Assembly: GCA_963771355.1 (NCBI GenBank)
Contig: CAVYTA010000006.1
Location: 128,001 to 192,000, forward strand
Direction: 5' to 3'
DNA: 64,000 nt
Source of the DNA: an uncultured Candidatus Rokubacteria bacterium
GTDB taxonomy: Bacteria > Methylomirabilota > Methylomirabilia > Rokubacteriales > CSP1-6
The notes under the pieces were generated by a model. The model had not been told where the DNA came from. It worked only from the letters and a program-made list of their open reading frames with translations, and made no database searches. The position numbers and the translations under genes were made by a program. Of this stretch, positions 1-9,445 are shown one piece after another. Within the stretch, counting starts at the first letter, position 1, and each line of letters opens with the position of its first letter.

Positions 1-1219
1 TGAAGTCCCGCTTCATCCCGTACTTGAAGGTGACCGAGCAGTTGGCGTCGGTGGCCTTGGCGCCGGGCGCGCCCGCGCAGAGCCCCCAGGCCTCGTGGTT
101 CTGCGCCGGATCGGGGTGGATCACGCTGGGGATGTCGGCCGGATCCACGATCACGGCCCCCTCTCGGCGGAGCACTTCGATGGCATCGGTCATCACGCGG
201 GACTGCTCGGCGGTGAGGCCTCCGCGCGGCGCTGTCTCGCCCGGCGGGGTATAGCGGTCGTAGTAGAAGGCACGCGGAATGCCGATGCGGGCGCCCTTTA
301 GCCCGTGGCGCTTGAGAAAGGGCGTGTAGTCCCGGTTGGGGGGCAGCGGGCAGGTCCTCGTCGCCGGATCGTTCGGGTCGGGCGCAGGGCTCTCCAGCAC
401 GCCCAGCAGGATGGCGGCGTCGGTCACCGTCCGCGCCATCGGGCCCGCGGTATCCTGGTCGGCGGTGATCGGGATGATGCCGTAGCGGCTGATCCGGCCG
501 ACGGTGGGCTTGATGCCCACCAGCATGGTCTGGTTCGCCGGGCTCAGGATGGAGCCGGACGTCTCGGTCCCGACATTGGCAGCCCAGAAACTGGCCGCGG
601 TGCCGATGCCCGAGCTGGAGCCGCCGGTGAGCAGCACCGGGCGCCCGTCATTGGTGCCCTCGCGGGGATCACGGCGCGGATCGTAGGGATTCAGGCCATA
701 GCCGGCAAGGCCGCTGTAGTTGGCCGGCATGGGCGTGGGCGGACCCGCCACCCAGTTCGCCAGCTCGGTGAGCACGGTCTTGGCGATGATGATGGCCCCA
801 CCGTCGCGCAGGTTCCGGGTGACGGTGGCCTCGTAGGGCGGCCGATAGCCCTCGAAGGCCACCGCGCCGCCGGTGGTCGGCATGTCCGTCGTGTGGATAT
901 TGTCCTTGAGCGCGATCGGGATGCCGTGTAGCGGCCCGCGGACTTGCCCCTGGGTCCGCTCGCGGTCCCGCGCGTCCGCCTCCTCGAGCACTTTCGGATT
1001 CACGGTGATGATCGCCTTGAGCTGGTCCTCGTACAGGGCGATCCGCGTGAGGTACTCGAGGACGATCTGGCGGGAGGTGATGCGGCCGCTGGCCAGGGCC
1101 TGGCGCAGCTCGGGGATCCCTGTCTCGACCACGGGGAAGGCCGGGCGAGAGCCGAGTCCCGCACATCCCGTGGTCAGGAACACCGCGAAGGTGAGCAGGG
1201 TCGCCGCCGGTCGCCGCAT
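1..1219 (-). CDS. Amidase-signature family protein, probable lipoprotein (3' end runs off the window)
   Basis: Own translation from ATG 1219 (AGGAGG RBS upstream): MRRPAATLLTFAVFLTTGC lipobox, GPLHGIPIALKDNI, TGGSSSG, GTETSGSILSPA amidase motifs. Confidence 0.9.
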   Translation of the reverse strand, partial: MRRPAATLLTFAVFLTTGCAGLGSRPAFPVVETGIPELRQALASGRITSRQIVLEYLTRIALYEDQLKAIITVNPKVLEEADARDRERTQGQVRGPLHGIPIALKDNIHTTDMPTTGGAVAFEGYRPPYEATVTRNLRDGGAIIIAKTVLTELANWVAGPPTPMPANYSGLAGYGLNPYDPRRDPREGTNDGRPVLLTGGSSSGIGTAASFWAANVGTETSGSILSPANQTMLVGIKPTVGRISRYGIIPITADQDTAGPMARTVTDAAILLGVLESPAPDPNDPATRTCPLPPNRDYTPFLKRHGLKGARIGIPRAFYYDRYTPPGETAPRGGLTAEQSRVMTDAIEVLRREGAVIVDPADIPSVIHPDPAQNHEAWGLCAGAPGAKATDANCSVTFKYGMKRDF

Positions 1220-1269
1220 GAGGGCCTCCTGGAGTTGGACTCGGCGTAGTGTAGCCGAAGTCGGCGGCC

Positions 1270-1299
1270 TTGACGCCGGCGGAGGGCTGTGGCTACTAT
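1270..1299 (+). promoter_or_regulatory. Sigma70-type promoter of the pqq operon
   Basis: TTGACG-N18-TACTAT about 50 bp upstream of pqqA. Confidence 0.6.
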
Positions 1300-1349
1300 C
1301 GGACGACCCGTCAAACTAGCCCCTGGGCCCCAAACCGGAGGTGAGCGCC

Positions 1350-1448
1350 ATGATCTGGGAAGCGCCGGACTTCATCGAAGTGAAGATGGACGCCGAGATC
1401 AACTCCTACCAGGACGATTTCGAGCGCGAGTCGGACGACCGCTTCTAG
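1350..1448 (+). CDS. pqqA: PQQ precursor peptide PqqA (32 aa)
   Basis: GGAGGT RBS; MIWEAPDFIEVKMDAEINSYQDDFERESDDRF* with W-x-x-P leader and E-x-x-x-Y core; directly upstream of pqqB. Confidence 0.95.
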   Translation: MIWEAPDFIEVKMDAEINSYQDDFERESDDRF

Positions 1449-1467
1449 CCGGCCGCTCCGGCTTTCG

Positions 1468-1508
1468 ATCAGCCCCCACCCGGCCGACGGCTGGGTTCGG
1501 GGGCTGTC
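1468..1508 (+). terminator. GC-rich stem-loop between pqqA and pqqB (attenuator or stabiliser)
   Basis: CAGCCCCC-ACCCGGCCG-A-CGGCTGGGT-TC-GGGGGCTG inverted repeat, no U-tract. Confidence 0.6.
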
Positions 1509-1517
1509 GCGTCTCTC

Positions 1518-2438
1518 ATGCATATTCAGGTGCTGGGTTCGGCGGCGGGCGGCGGTTTCCCGCAGTGGAACTGCGGCTGTCCGAACTGTCGGGGCGTCCG
1601 CGCCGGCACGATTGCCGCGACGCCGCGCACACAGGAATCGGTCGCGGTCAGCGCGGATGGCGCCGGGTGGTTCCTCCTGAACGCTTCCCCGGAGATCCGG
1701 CAGCAGATCGAGAGCTTCCCCGGCATACACCCCCGCGCGGCGCGCCACTCCCCGATCCACGCCATCCTCCTCACCAACGGCGATCTGGACCACACCCTCG
1801 GCCTCCTGTCGCTACGCGAATCCCATCCGCTGGTGGTGTATGCGACCGAGCACGTCCGCCGCGGCTTCACCGACGGCAATGTCCTCTACCGGACCCTTCA
1901 GCGCTTTCCCGAGCAGGTCACCTGGCGTCCGCTCAAGCTGGGGCGGGAAGAGGCGCTGGCGGGCGCGGACGGGCGCGAGCGCGGGCTCGTCGTGGAAGCC
2001 GTGCCGGTGCCGGGCAAGCTGCCGATTCATCTGGAGCGCCACTGCGCGCCCGATCCCGAGGACAATATCGGCCTCCGCATCCGCGAGGTGTCCACCGGGC
2101 GCCGGCTGGCTTACTTTCCCGCCGCCGGCGCCCTCACCGCGACGGTGCGCGAGGCGCTGGGCGATGCCGACTGCGTCTTCTTCGACGGCACGTTCTGGTC
2201 GCCGGATGAGCTGCCCGCGCAGGGTCTCGGCACCAAGCGCGCGGACGACATGGCCCATCTGCCCATGGGGGGCGGCGAGGGCAGCCTGGCCGCCCTCCGC
2301 GAGCTCCGGGCCTCGCGCCGCGTCTACATCCACGTGAACAACACGAACCCCGTGCTGCGGGACGATGCGCCGGAGCGGAAGGACGCCGAGGCGGCCGGCT
2401 GGGAGATCGCCTGGGACGGCATGGAGGTGCGCCTGTGA
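1518..2438 (+). CDS. pqqB: PQQ biosynthesis protein PqqB
   Basis: LGSAAGGGFPQWNCGCPNC, TNGDLDH, FDGTFW, HVNNTNP motifs. Confidence 0.97.
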   Translation: MHIQVLGSAAGGGFPQWNCGCPNCRGVRAGTIAATPRTQESVAVSADGAGWFLLNASPEIRQQIESFPGIHPRAARHSPIHAILLTNGDLDHTLGLLSLRESHPLVVYATEHVRRGFTDGNVLYRTLQRFPEQVTWRPLKLGREEALAGADGRERGLVVEAVPVPGKLPIHLERHCAPDPEDNIGLRIREVSTGRRLAYFPAAGALTATVREALGDADCVFFDGTFWSPDELPAQGLGTKRADDMAHLPMGGGEGSLAALRELRASRRVYIHVNNTNPVLRDDAPERKDAEAAGWEIAWDGMEVRL

Positions 2439-3202
2439 CGCCCGCCACGCCGGTGACGCCCATGACGCCGGTCACGCCGCGGCCTCCGGTGTCGCGCGAG
2501 GAGTTCATCGCATGGGTGCGCAAGGAGGGCGAGGCGCGCTACCACGATCATCACCGCTATCACGCCCTCATGCACGAGGGGCGCCTCACCCGCGTCCAGC
2601 TCCAGCAGTGGGTGCTGAACCGCTTCTACTACCAGACGCGCATTCCCATCAAGGACGCCATCATCCTGTCCAAGTCCGAGGATCCGGCGTTCCGGCGGAT
2701 GTGGATCCGGCGCATTCGCGACCACGACGGCGACGAGGCCGGCGAGGCGGGGCTCGAGCTCTGGCTGCGCCTGGCCGATGGTGTCGGTTTGGACCGAGAG
2801 GAGGTGGCGAGCTGCCGCTCGGTCCTCCCCGGCGTCCGCTTCGCCTGCGATGCCTACGTCGAGCTCGTGCGCGAGCGGACCCTGGTGGAGGCGGTGGCCT
2901 CGTCGCTTACCGAGTTCTTCGCCCCCGACCTCATGTCCAAGCGTGTGCTGGCCTGGGAGAAGCACTATCCCTGGGTAAGCCCCGACATGCTCGCCTATTT
3001 CCGCTCGCGGGTGCCGCGGGCCCGGCGCGACTCCCAGGAGGCGATCGACTTCGTGATCCAGCACGCGACCACCTACGAGATGCAGGAGCGCTGCGTGGCC
3101 GCCCTCATTCGCAAGACGGAGATCCTCTGGCACCTCCTGGACAGCACCTACGCGGCATATGTCGAGCCGGGCTGGGGCCCGCAGGGAGCGCGCGCCACGT
3201 GA
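2435..3202 (+). CDS. pqqC: PQQ synthase PqqC
   Basis: YHDHHRYH, NRFYYQTRIPIKDA, RIRDHDG, SSLTEFFAP; start may be ATG 2462. Confidence 0.97.
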   Translation: MTPATPVTPMTPVTPRPPVSREEFIAWVRKEGEARYHDHHRYHALMHEGRLTRVQLQQWVLNRFYYQTRIPIKDAIILSKSEDPAFRRMWIRRIRDHDGDEAGEAGLELWLRLADGVGLDREEVASCRSVLPGVRFACDAYVELVRERTLVEAVASSLTEFFAPDLMSKRVLAWEKHYPWVSPDMLAYFRSRVPRARRDSQEAIDFVIQHATTYEMQERCVAALIRKTEILWHLLDSTYAAYVEPGWGPQGARAT

Positions 3203-3477
3203 TCTCCGCGGAGAGCCGGCTTCGCCTGGCCGCCAAGGCCCGCCTCCGGTTCGACCGCAAGTCGTCGCGCTACATGCTGCTCTATCCCGAGCGGGGGCTG
3301 GTGCTGAATCCCACCGCCGCCGACGTGCTCCAGCGCTGCGATGGGGAGCGCACCGTCGCCTCCATCGTGATCGAGCTCGCCCAGCGGTACGGGCACGAGG
3401 CACCCGCGGTGGAGCGCGAGGTGCTGGAGTTCCTGCAGGGCATGGCCGACCGCGGCCTGGTGCAGGCGACGCCGTGA
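3199..3477 (+). CDS. pqqD: PqqA-binding chaperone PqqD
   Basis: GTGA overlap with pqqC stop; LLYPERGLVLNPTAADVLQRCDGERTV RRE motif. Confidence 0.93.
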   Translation: MISAESRLRLAAKARLRFDRKSSRYMLLYPERGLVLNPTAADVLQRCDGERTVASIVIELAQRYGHEAPAVEREVLEFLQGMADRGLVQATP

Positions 3478-4643
3478 CCGAGGCCGAGCGCCCCTACACG
3501 CTGGTCGCCGAGCTGACCTACCGGTGCCCGCTCCGCTGCGTCTACTGCTCGAACCCGCTGGACTACGCGCGCCACGGGGACGAGCTCGACACCGCCACCT
3601 GGCGGCGCGTGCTCGGCGAAGCCGAGGAGCTGGGGGTGGTGCAGCTCAACCTCACCGGCGGCGAGCCTCTGGTCCGGGACGATCTCGAGGCCCTGGTGGA
3701 GGAGGCGCGGCGGCTCGACCTCTATACGAATCTCATCACGAGCGGCATCCCGCTCCGGCGGGAGCGGCTGGCGCGCTTCCGCGCGCTCGGGCTGGACAAT
3801 GTCCAGATCTCCATACAGGACACCGAGGCGGCGCCCTCGGATCGCATCGCGGGCCACCGCGCGTTCGAGCGCAAGCTGACCGTCGCGGGCTGGGTGAAGG
3901 AGCTCGGCTTCCCGCTCACCCTGAACACCGTGCTGCACCGGGAAAACCTCGGCCGGGTGGAGGAGGTGGTGGCCCTCGCCGAGCGGCTCGGCGCCGACCG
4001 CCTGGAGCTGGCCAACGCGCAGTATCTCGGCTGGGCTCTCCCGAATCGCGCCGCGCTCCTGCCCACGCGCGCGCAGCTCGCCCGCGCCCGCGAGGTGGCC
4101 GCCGCCGCGAGGACCCGGCTGCGGGGAAAGATGGAGGTGCTCTTCGTCACGCCCGACTACTACACGGACCTCCCCCAGGCCTGCATGGACGGCTGGGGGC
4201 GGCGCTTCATCGTGCTGAGTCCCGAGGGGCTGGCCCTGCCCTGTCACGCGGCGCACACCTTGCCGGGTCTTCACTTCGACTCCGTGCGGGATCGGTCGCT
4301 GGGCGACATCTGGCGCGACTCCGCCGGATTCCGGGCCTTTCGCGGCGAGGACTGGATGGCCGAGCCCTGCCGGAGCTGCGACCGGCGCGGGATCGACTTC
4401 GGCGGGTGCCGGTGCCAGGCGTACCACCTCACCGGCAACGCCGCCGCCACCGACCCCACCTGCCAGTTCTCGCCCGATCACGCCCTGATCGAGACCGCGC
4501 GCGAGGCGGCAGAGAACGCCGCCGCTCCGGAGCTAGTCTACAGAACCGAACGGCGGTGGGGTCTGGGGCCGGGGGAGCGCGAGGGGGGCGTTGCCCCTCT
4601 CGGGCGACCGGTCCGGCGTTTGCTCCCCCCCAGCTCCAAATGA
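3474..4643 (+). CDS. pqqE: Radical SAM/SPASM peptide cyclase PqqE
   Basis: AELTYRCPLRCVYCSNP (CxxxCxxC), CMDGWG, PCRSC, DFGGCRCQA. Confidence 0.97.
   Translation: MTEAERPYTLVAELTYRCPLRCVYCSNPLDYARHGDELDTATWRRVLGEAEELGVVQLNLTGGEPLVRDDLEALVEEARRLDLYTNLITSGIPLRRERLARFRALGLDNVQISIQDTEAAPSDRIAGHRAFERKLTVAGWVKELGFPLTLNTVLHRENLGRVEEVVALAERLGADRLELANAQYLGWALPNRAALLPTRAQLARAREVAAAARTRLRGKMEVLFVTPDYYTDLPQACMDGWGRRFIVLSPEGLALPCHAAHTLPGLHFDSVRDRSLGDIWRDSAGFRAFRGEDWMAEPCRSCDRRGIDFGGCRCQAYHLTGNAAATDPTCQFSPDHALIETAREAAENAAAPELVYRTERRWGLGPGEREGGVAPLGRPVRRLLPPSSK
4564..4638. repeat. Nested palindromic (REP/MITE-like) element in the 3' end of pqqE
   Basis: Outer arms TGGGGCCGGGGGAGC / GCTCCCCCCCAGCTCCA; inner CGAGGGGGGC-GTT-GCCCCTCTCG. 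Confidence 0.55.
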
Positions 4644-4657
4644 AACGGCGGCGCCGA

Positions 4658-5161
4658 ATGGACGCGAGCTTTTTCATCCTGCTCGGGCTGACGGTTGCGG
4701 TGCTCGCCTTCGCGCTGGTCAAGGATCCGGCGCTGGCCGCGCGTGGCTTCCAGTCGAGCGGCCGACTCTTCGGCGGGGTATGGATGGAGCTGGCGCTGGG
4801 CTTCGTGCTGGCGGGCTTGCTCGACGTGCTCATCCCCTCGCCGGTGCTCTCGCGCTGGCTGGGCGACGAGCATCTGGGGCAGGGCATTCTCGTTGGCTGG
4901 GCGGCGGGCCTCGTGATGCCGGGCGGGCCCTATCTCGTGTTCCCGGTGGTGGCGAATCTTCTGAAGAGCGGCGCGGCGCCGGGTCCCCTCATCGCGCTCC
5001 TCACCGCCAAGACCCTCGTGAGCCCGGTGCGCATGCTGACCTACGAAGCGCCGTTGCTGGGGTGGCCGATGACGCTGGCCCGATTGCTCCCCGGGGTGCT
5101 CCTTCCTCCGGTGCTCGGATGGGTCGGCCACTGGCTCTACACGATCTTTGCCCGGCGCTGA
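4658..5161 (+). CDS. Small permease (DUF318/ArsP-like half permease)
   Basis: Hydrophobic 167 aa; ALGFVLAGLL, LVMPGGPYLVFPVVA, YEAPLLGW; alternative start 4640. Confidence 0.75.
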   Translation: MDASFFILLGLTVAVLAFALVKDPALAARGFQSSGRLFGGVWMELALGFVLAGLLDVLIPSPVLSRWLGDEHLGQGILVGWAAGLVMPGGPYLVFPVVANLLKSGAAPGPLIALLTAKTLVSPVRMLTYEAPLLGWPMTLARLLPGVLLPPVLGWVGHWLYTIFARR

Positions 5162-5183
5162 GCGTGCGCCGGCGCGCGGTGCC

Positions 5184-5213
5184 TTGACAAGGGGGAAGGC
5201 CGAACCGTATCGT
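5184..5213 (+). promoter_or_regulatory. Sigma70-type promoter upstream of the PQQ-dependent dehydrogenase
   Basis: TTGACA-N18-TATCGT. Confidence 0.55.
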
Positions 5214-5297
5214 CCAGGTCGCAGAGACGCGGTCCCTTCCGCCCTCTCGCTGACGCACCTTCATCGCCCCAAACGGACTTCGAAGGGGAGGCTCGAT

Positions 5298-6494
5298 ATG
5301 CGTCGCACTACCTTCGCTTCGCTCCTCGTGTTCCTGGCGATCGGCGTGGCCCTCGTGGCGCTGGCGGGCGCCCAGGCGCCCCCGCCCTGGAAGCAGGGCC
5401 AGCCCTCCACCATGGCGGACTCGACGCTGGCCCCCATTCCCCAGCCGCCGGCGCCGAAAGCGCCCGGTGAGATCCCCGTCGACAAGATCAAGCTCCCGCC
5501 CGGCTTCAAGGCCACCCTCTGGGCGCACGGGATCAACAATGCGCGGGCGATGACCTGGGGCGACAAGGGCACGCTCTTCGTCAGCAGCCGCACCGCCGGC
5601 AATGTCTACGCGGTCGTGGACAAGGGCAGCTCGCGCGAGGTCAAGACCATCGCCAAGGGGCTCAATCTCCCCAACGGCGTGGCCTTCCGAAACGGCACCC
5701 TCTACATCGCCGAGATTCACCGCATCACCAAGATGGCGGGAATCGAGGACAAGCTCGACGCTCCGCCGGCGATGGAGGTCGTGTACGAGACTCTACCGAA
5801 GGACGTGCCCCATGGCTGGAAGTTCCTGGCCTTTGGGCCCGACGGCAAGCTCTACTTCAATATCGGCGCTCCGTGTAACATCTGCATCCCGCCGGACACC
5901 CACGCGAACATCTCGCGCATCAATCCCGACGGCTCCGGCTTCGAGTACTATGCCCACGGCGTCCGCAACAGCGTGGGCTTCGACTGGCATCCGGACACCA
6001 AGGATCTCTACTTCGCCACCCACGCGCGCGACTGGCTGGGCGAGGACGTGCCCAGCGACCGGTTCGACGTGGCCTCGAAGAAGGGCCTGCACTTCGGGTT
6101 TCCCTACTGCCACCAGGGCGACATCCTCGATCCCGAGTTCGGCAAGGGGCGGGCGTGCGCCGAGTTCGCGGCGCCCCTGATCAAGACGGGTCCTCACGTG
6201 GCCGGCAATGGCGTGGAGTTCTACACGGGCTCGATGTTCCCCGCCGAGTACAAGCACCGCGCCTTCCTCGCCCAGCGCGGCTCCTGGAACCGGACCCAGA
6301 AGATCGGCTTCCGCGTGATGATGGTCACCCTCCGCCCCGGGGACGTGCCCAAGTACGAGGTCTTCGCCGAGGGATGGCTCCAGGGTGGGGACGTCTGGGG
6401 CCGGCCGGTCTACACCAAGCAGATGAAGGACGGCTCCCTCCTGATCGCCGACGACTACGCGGGAGCGATCTACCGCATCACCTATCAGCGCTGA
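5298..6494 (+). CDS. Secreted PQQ-dependent sugar/sorbosone dehydrogenase (GSDH family)
   Basis: Signal peptide; HGWKFLAFGPDGKLYFNIGAPCNIC, GVRNSVGFDW, GFPYCH, RGSWNR, GRPV; GGAGG RBS. Confidence 0.9.
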   Translation: MRRTTFASLLVFLAIGVALVALAGAQAPPPWKQGQPSTMADSTLAPIPQPPAPKAPGEIPVDKIKLPPGFKATLWAHGINNARAMTWGDKGTLFVSSRTAGNVYAVVDKGSSREVKTIAKGLNLPNGVAFRNGTLYIAEIHRITKMAGIEDKLDAPPAMEVVYETLPKDVPHGWKFLAFGPDGKLYFNIGAPCNICIPPDTHANISRINPDGSGFEYYAHGVRNSVGFDWHPDTKDLYFATHARDWLGEDVPSDRFDVASKKGLHFGFPYCHQGDILDPEFGKGRACAEFAAPLIKTGPHVAGNGVEFYTGSMFPAEYKHRAFLAQRGSWNRTQKIGFRVMMVTLRPGDVPKYEVFAEGWLQGGDVWGRPVYTKQMKDGSLLIADDYAGAIYRITYQR

Positions 6495-6502
6495 GCCTCT
6501 CC

Positions 6503-7108
6503 TTGCGGCTCCGATTCACGCTGGTGCCGGTTGCCCTGGCCGCCGCCCTTGTGGCGGCGGTCCCGGGCCCGGCGCGGGCTGGCGATCTCGAGGCGGGGCA
6601 ACGAAAGGCCGCGCCGTGCGCAACCTGCCACGGCGCCGACGGCAATGCCACCGTTCCCGGCATGCCCTCGCTCGCCGGCCAGCCCGCGTTTTTCACCCAC
6701 TGGCAGCTCATCAAGTACCGCGACGGGCGCCGGAAGGATCCCCAGATGTCGGGGCCGGCGCAGAATCTCACGGACACCGACATGGCGGACCTGGCCGCCT
6801 ACTACGCGGTCCAGCAGCCGCGGCCCCGCTCGGCGAGCACGGATCCCGCCAGGGTCGACGAAGGCCGGCGGCTCGCGGCGCTGCATCACTGCACCTCGTG
6901 CCACCGGCCCGATCTCAGCGGGCAGCAGCAGGTGCCGCGCCTGGCGGGCCAGGACTTCGATTACCTCCTCAAGCTCCTCCGCAGCTTCAAGGCCAAGACC
7001 GCTACGGACCTGGACGGGCTGATGACGATGTCGGCCCAGCCCCTGCGCGAGGAGGAGATCGTGGACCTCGTCCACTTCATGGCGAGCCTGGGGAGTGGCG
7101 CCCGCTAA
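6503..7108 (+). CDS. Diheme c-type cytochrome (c4/c553 family)
   Basis: Two CxxCH motifs (CATCH, CTSCH), PSLAGQ and PRLAGQ, signal peptide; start uncertain (TTG 6503 or CTG 6491). Confidence 0.9.
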   Translation: MRLRFTLVPVALAAALVAAVPGPARAGDLEAGQRKAAPCATCHGADGNATVPGMPSLAGQPAFFTHWQLIKYRDGRRKDPQMSGPAQNLTDTDMADLAAYYAVQQPRPRSASTDPARVDEGRRLAALHHCTSCHRPDLSGQQQVPRLAGQDFDYLLKLLRSFKAKTATDLDGLMTMSAQPLREEEIVDLVHFMASLGSGAR

Positions 7109-7139
7109 CTCGACCGCGATCTCGCCCCGCATTTCCAGG

Positions 7140-7155
7140 TGGCACGAGAGTTGCG
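7140..7155 (+). promoter_or_regulatory. Sigma54 (-24/-12) promoter upstream of katE
   Basis: TGGCAC-GAGAG-TTGC, exact consensus, about 35 bp before GTG start. Confidence 0.75.
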
Positions 7156-7189
7156 ATACCACGGCGCGGTTCCAGAGGAGGAACAGCCT

Positions 7190-9421
7190 GTGGCGAGCAA
7201 GAAGCGGGGAACGAGCATCAATCGGCGGGCGAAGGCGAACGGCTCGAGCGGACCGAACGGTGCCAAGAATGCGGCACTGGAGCGCTTCCGCGCGGATGCC
7301 GACGAACAGTTCCTGACCACCGACCAGGGGGTCCGGATCACCGACGACCAGAACTCGCTCAAGGCGGGGGCACGGGGGCCGTCGCTCCTGGAGGACTTCA
7401 TTCTCCGGGAGAAAATCACCCATTTCGACCACGAGCGAATTCCGGAGCGGGTGGTGCACGCGCGGGGCGCGGCGGCGCACGGCCATTTCCAGGTCTACAA
7501 GTCCCTGAGCCGCCTGACCCGAGCCCGATTCCTCCAGGATCCGTCCGTGAAGACTCCGGTGTTCGTCCGCTTCTCCACCGTGGCGGGCTCCCGCGGCTCC
7601 AGTGACCTGGCGCGCGACGTCCGGGGCTTTGCGGTGAAGTTCTACACCGAGGAAGGCAACTTCGACCTGGTGGGGAACAATATCCCGGTCTTCTTCATCC
7701 AGGACGCGGTCAAGTTCCCCGACCTCGTCCACGCGGTGAAGCCCGAGCCGCACAACGAGATTCCCCAGGCCGCCTCGGCCCACGACACCTTCTGGGACTT
7801 CATCTCCCTGATGCCCGAGTCCATGCACATGATCATGTGGGTGATGTCCGACCGGGCCATTCCCCGGAGCTTCCGGATGATGGAAGGCTTCGGCATCCAC
7901 ACGTTCCGCTTCCTCGACGAGCGGGGCGGCTCACGCTTCGTCAAGTTCCACTGGAAGCCCCTCCTGGGCGTGCACTCGGTGCTCTGGGACGAGGCGCAGA
8001 AGATCTCCGGCAAAGACCCCGATTTCCACCGGCGCGACCTCTGGGAAGCCATCGAGAGCGGCGCCTTCCCGGAGTGGGAGTTCGGCATTCAGGTCGTCGA
8101 GGAGGCGGACGAGCACAAGTTCGCCTTCGACCTGCTCGATGCCACCAAGCTCATTCCGGAGGAGCTGGTGCCGGTGCAGCGGATCGGCAAGCTCACGCTC
8201 AACCGGAACCCGGACAACTTCTTCGCGGAGACGGAGCAGGTCGCCTTTCACCCGGGTCACCTCGTGCCGGGTCTCGACTTCACCAATGACCCACTGCTGC
8301 AGGGCCGGCTCTTCTCCTACACGGACACCCAGCTCATCCGACTGGGGGGACCCAACTTCCACGAGATCCCCATCAACCAGCCGGTGGCGTCCGTGCACAA
8401 CAATCAGCGCGACGGCCACATGCGCCAGACCATCAACCCTGGGCCGGCAAGCTATCACCCCAACACCACCGGCGGCGGATGCCCCATGCAGGCCGGCCGG
8501 CGCCTGGGCGGCTACGTCAGCCATCCGCAGGCCCTCGAGGGCGAGAAGCTGCGCGCGCGCGGAGCGAAGTTCTTCGATCACTTCAGCCAGGCCACGCTGT
8601 TCTGGAACAGCCAGTCCGAGACGGAGCGTGAGCACATCGTGCAGGCCCTCCGGTTCGAGCTCGGCATGCTCGACCGGCCCGAGATCCGAGAGCGCATGGT
8701 CGGCATGCTGGGGCAGGTGGACCGGACCCTCGCCGGCCGCGTGGCAGAAGGTCTGGGACTGCCCGCCACCGTGACCATCTCGGGACCGCTCAACCTCAGC
8801 GTGCCGGCGGACGCCGACGAGAAGGCCTTCCAGCCGCGCCGCGCCAAGCCGCCCGTCGAGCGGTCGGCGGCGCTGAGCATGGCCGGGACGGTCAAGGACA
8901 CCGCGAAGACCCGCAAGGTGGCGATCCTGTGCGCCGATGGCGTCGACCTGGCGGCGGTGCGGGCGATGCAGCGCGCGCTGACCGAGGCGGGTGCGGTGTG
9001 GAAGATCATCGCGCCGCGGCAGGGGTCGCTCAAGGGCAACGGGGGCACCATCGCCGCGGACTACAGTTTCCTGAACGCCGCCTCCGTGCTCTTCGACGCG
9101 GTATTCGTGCCGGGCGGCGACCGGAGCGTGGAGGCCCTCGCGGGCGAGGCAAGCGCGCTCCTGTTCGTGCGGGAGGCCTACAAGCACTGCAAGGCCATCG
9201 CGGCGGTAGGGGCGGGCGTCGGCCTCCTCAGCGTCGCGGGGCTCGGCGACAACGGCGCCCCTCAGGATAACGGTGGGACGGCGACCACCCTCGGGGCCGA
9301 CGAGGCTATCGCGGTGGGGACGGATGCCGAGCTGCCGCGCGTGGCCGCGCGCTTCCTTCGCGCCATCGGCCGGCACCGCAACTGGGATCGCGAGGCGGCG
9401 GCCACGCGCGTTCCGGCGTGA
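7190..9421 (+). CDS. katE: Large-subunit monofunctional catalase HPII with C-terminal DJ-1/PfpI-like domain
   Basis: [56 protein letters not shown] before GTG 7190. Confidence 0.96.
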   Translation: MASKKRGTSINRRAKANGSSGPNGAKNAALERFRADADEQFLTTDQGVRITDDQNSLKAGARGPSLLEDFILREKITHFDHERIPERVVHARGAAAHGHFQVYKSLSRLTRARFLQDPSVKTPVFVRFSTVAGSRGSSDLARDVRGFAVKFYTEEGNFDLVGNNIPVFFIQDAVKFPDLVHAVKPEPHNEIPQAASAHDTFWDFISLMPESMHMIMWVMSDRAIPRSFRMMEGFGIHTFRFLDERGGSRFVKFHWKPLLGVHSVLWDEAQKISGKDPDFHRRDLWEAIESGAFPEWEFGIQVVEEADEHKFAFDLLDATKLIPEELVPVQRIGKLTLNRNPDNFFAETEQVAFHPGHLVPGLDFTNDPLLQGRLFSYTDTQLIRLGGPNFHEIPINQPVASVHNNQRDGHMRQTINPGPASYHPNTTGGGCPMQAGRRLGGYVSHPQALEGEKLRARGAKFFDHFSQATLFWNSQSETEREHIVQALRFELGMLDRPEIRERMVGMLGQVDRTLAGRVAEGLGLPATVTISGPLNLSVPADADEKAFQPRRAKPPVERSAALSMAGTVKDTAKTRKVAILCADGVDLAAVRAMQRALTEAGAVWKIIAPRQGSLKGNGGTIAADYSFLNAASVLFDAVFVPGGDRSVEALAGEASALLFVREAYKHCKAIAAVGAGVGLLSVAGLGDNGAPQDNGGTATTLGADEAIAVGTDAELPRVAARFLRAIGRHRNWDREAAATRVPA

Positions 9422-9445
9422 GTCAGGGCACGGGGTGGGGGCGGG

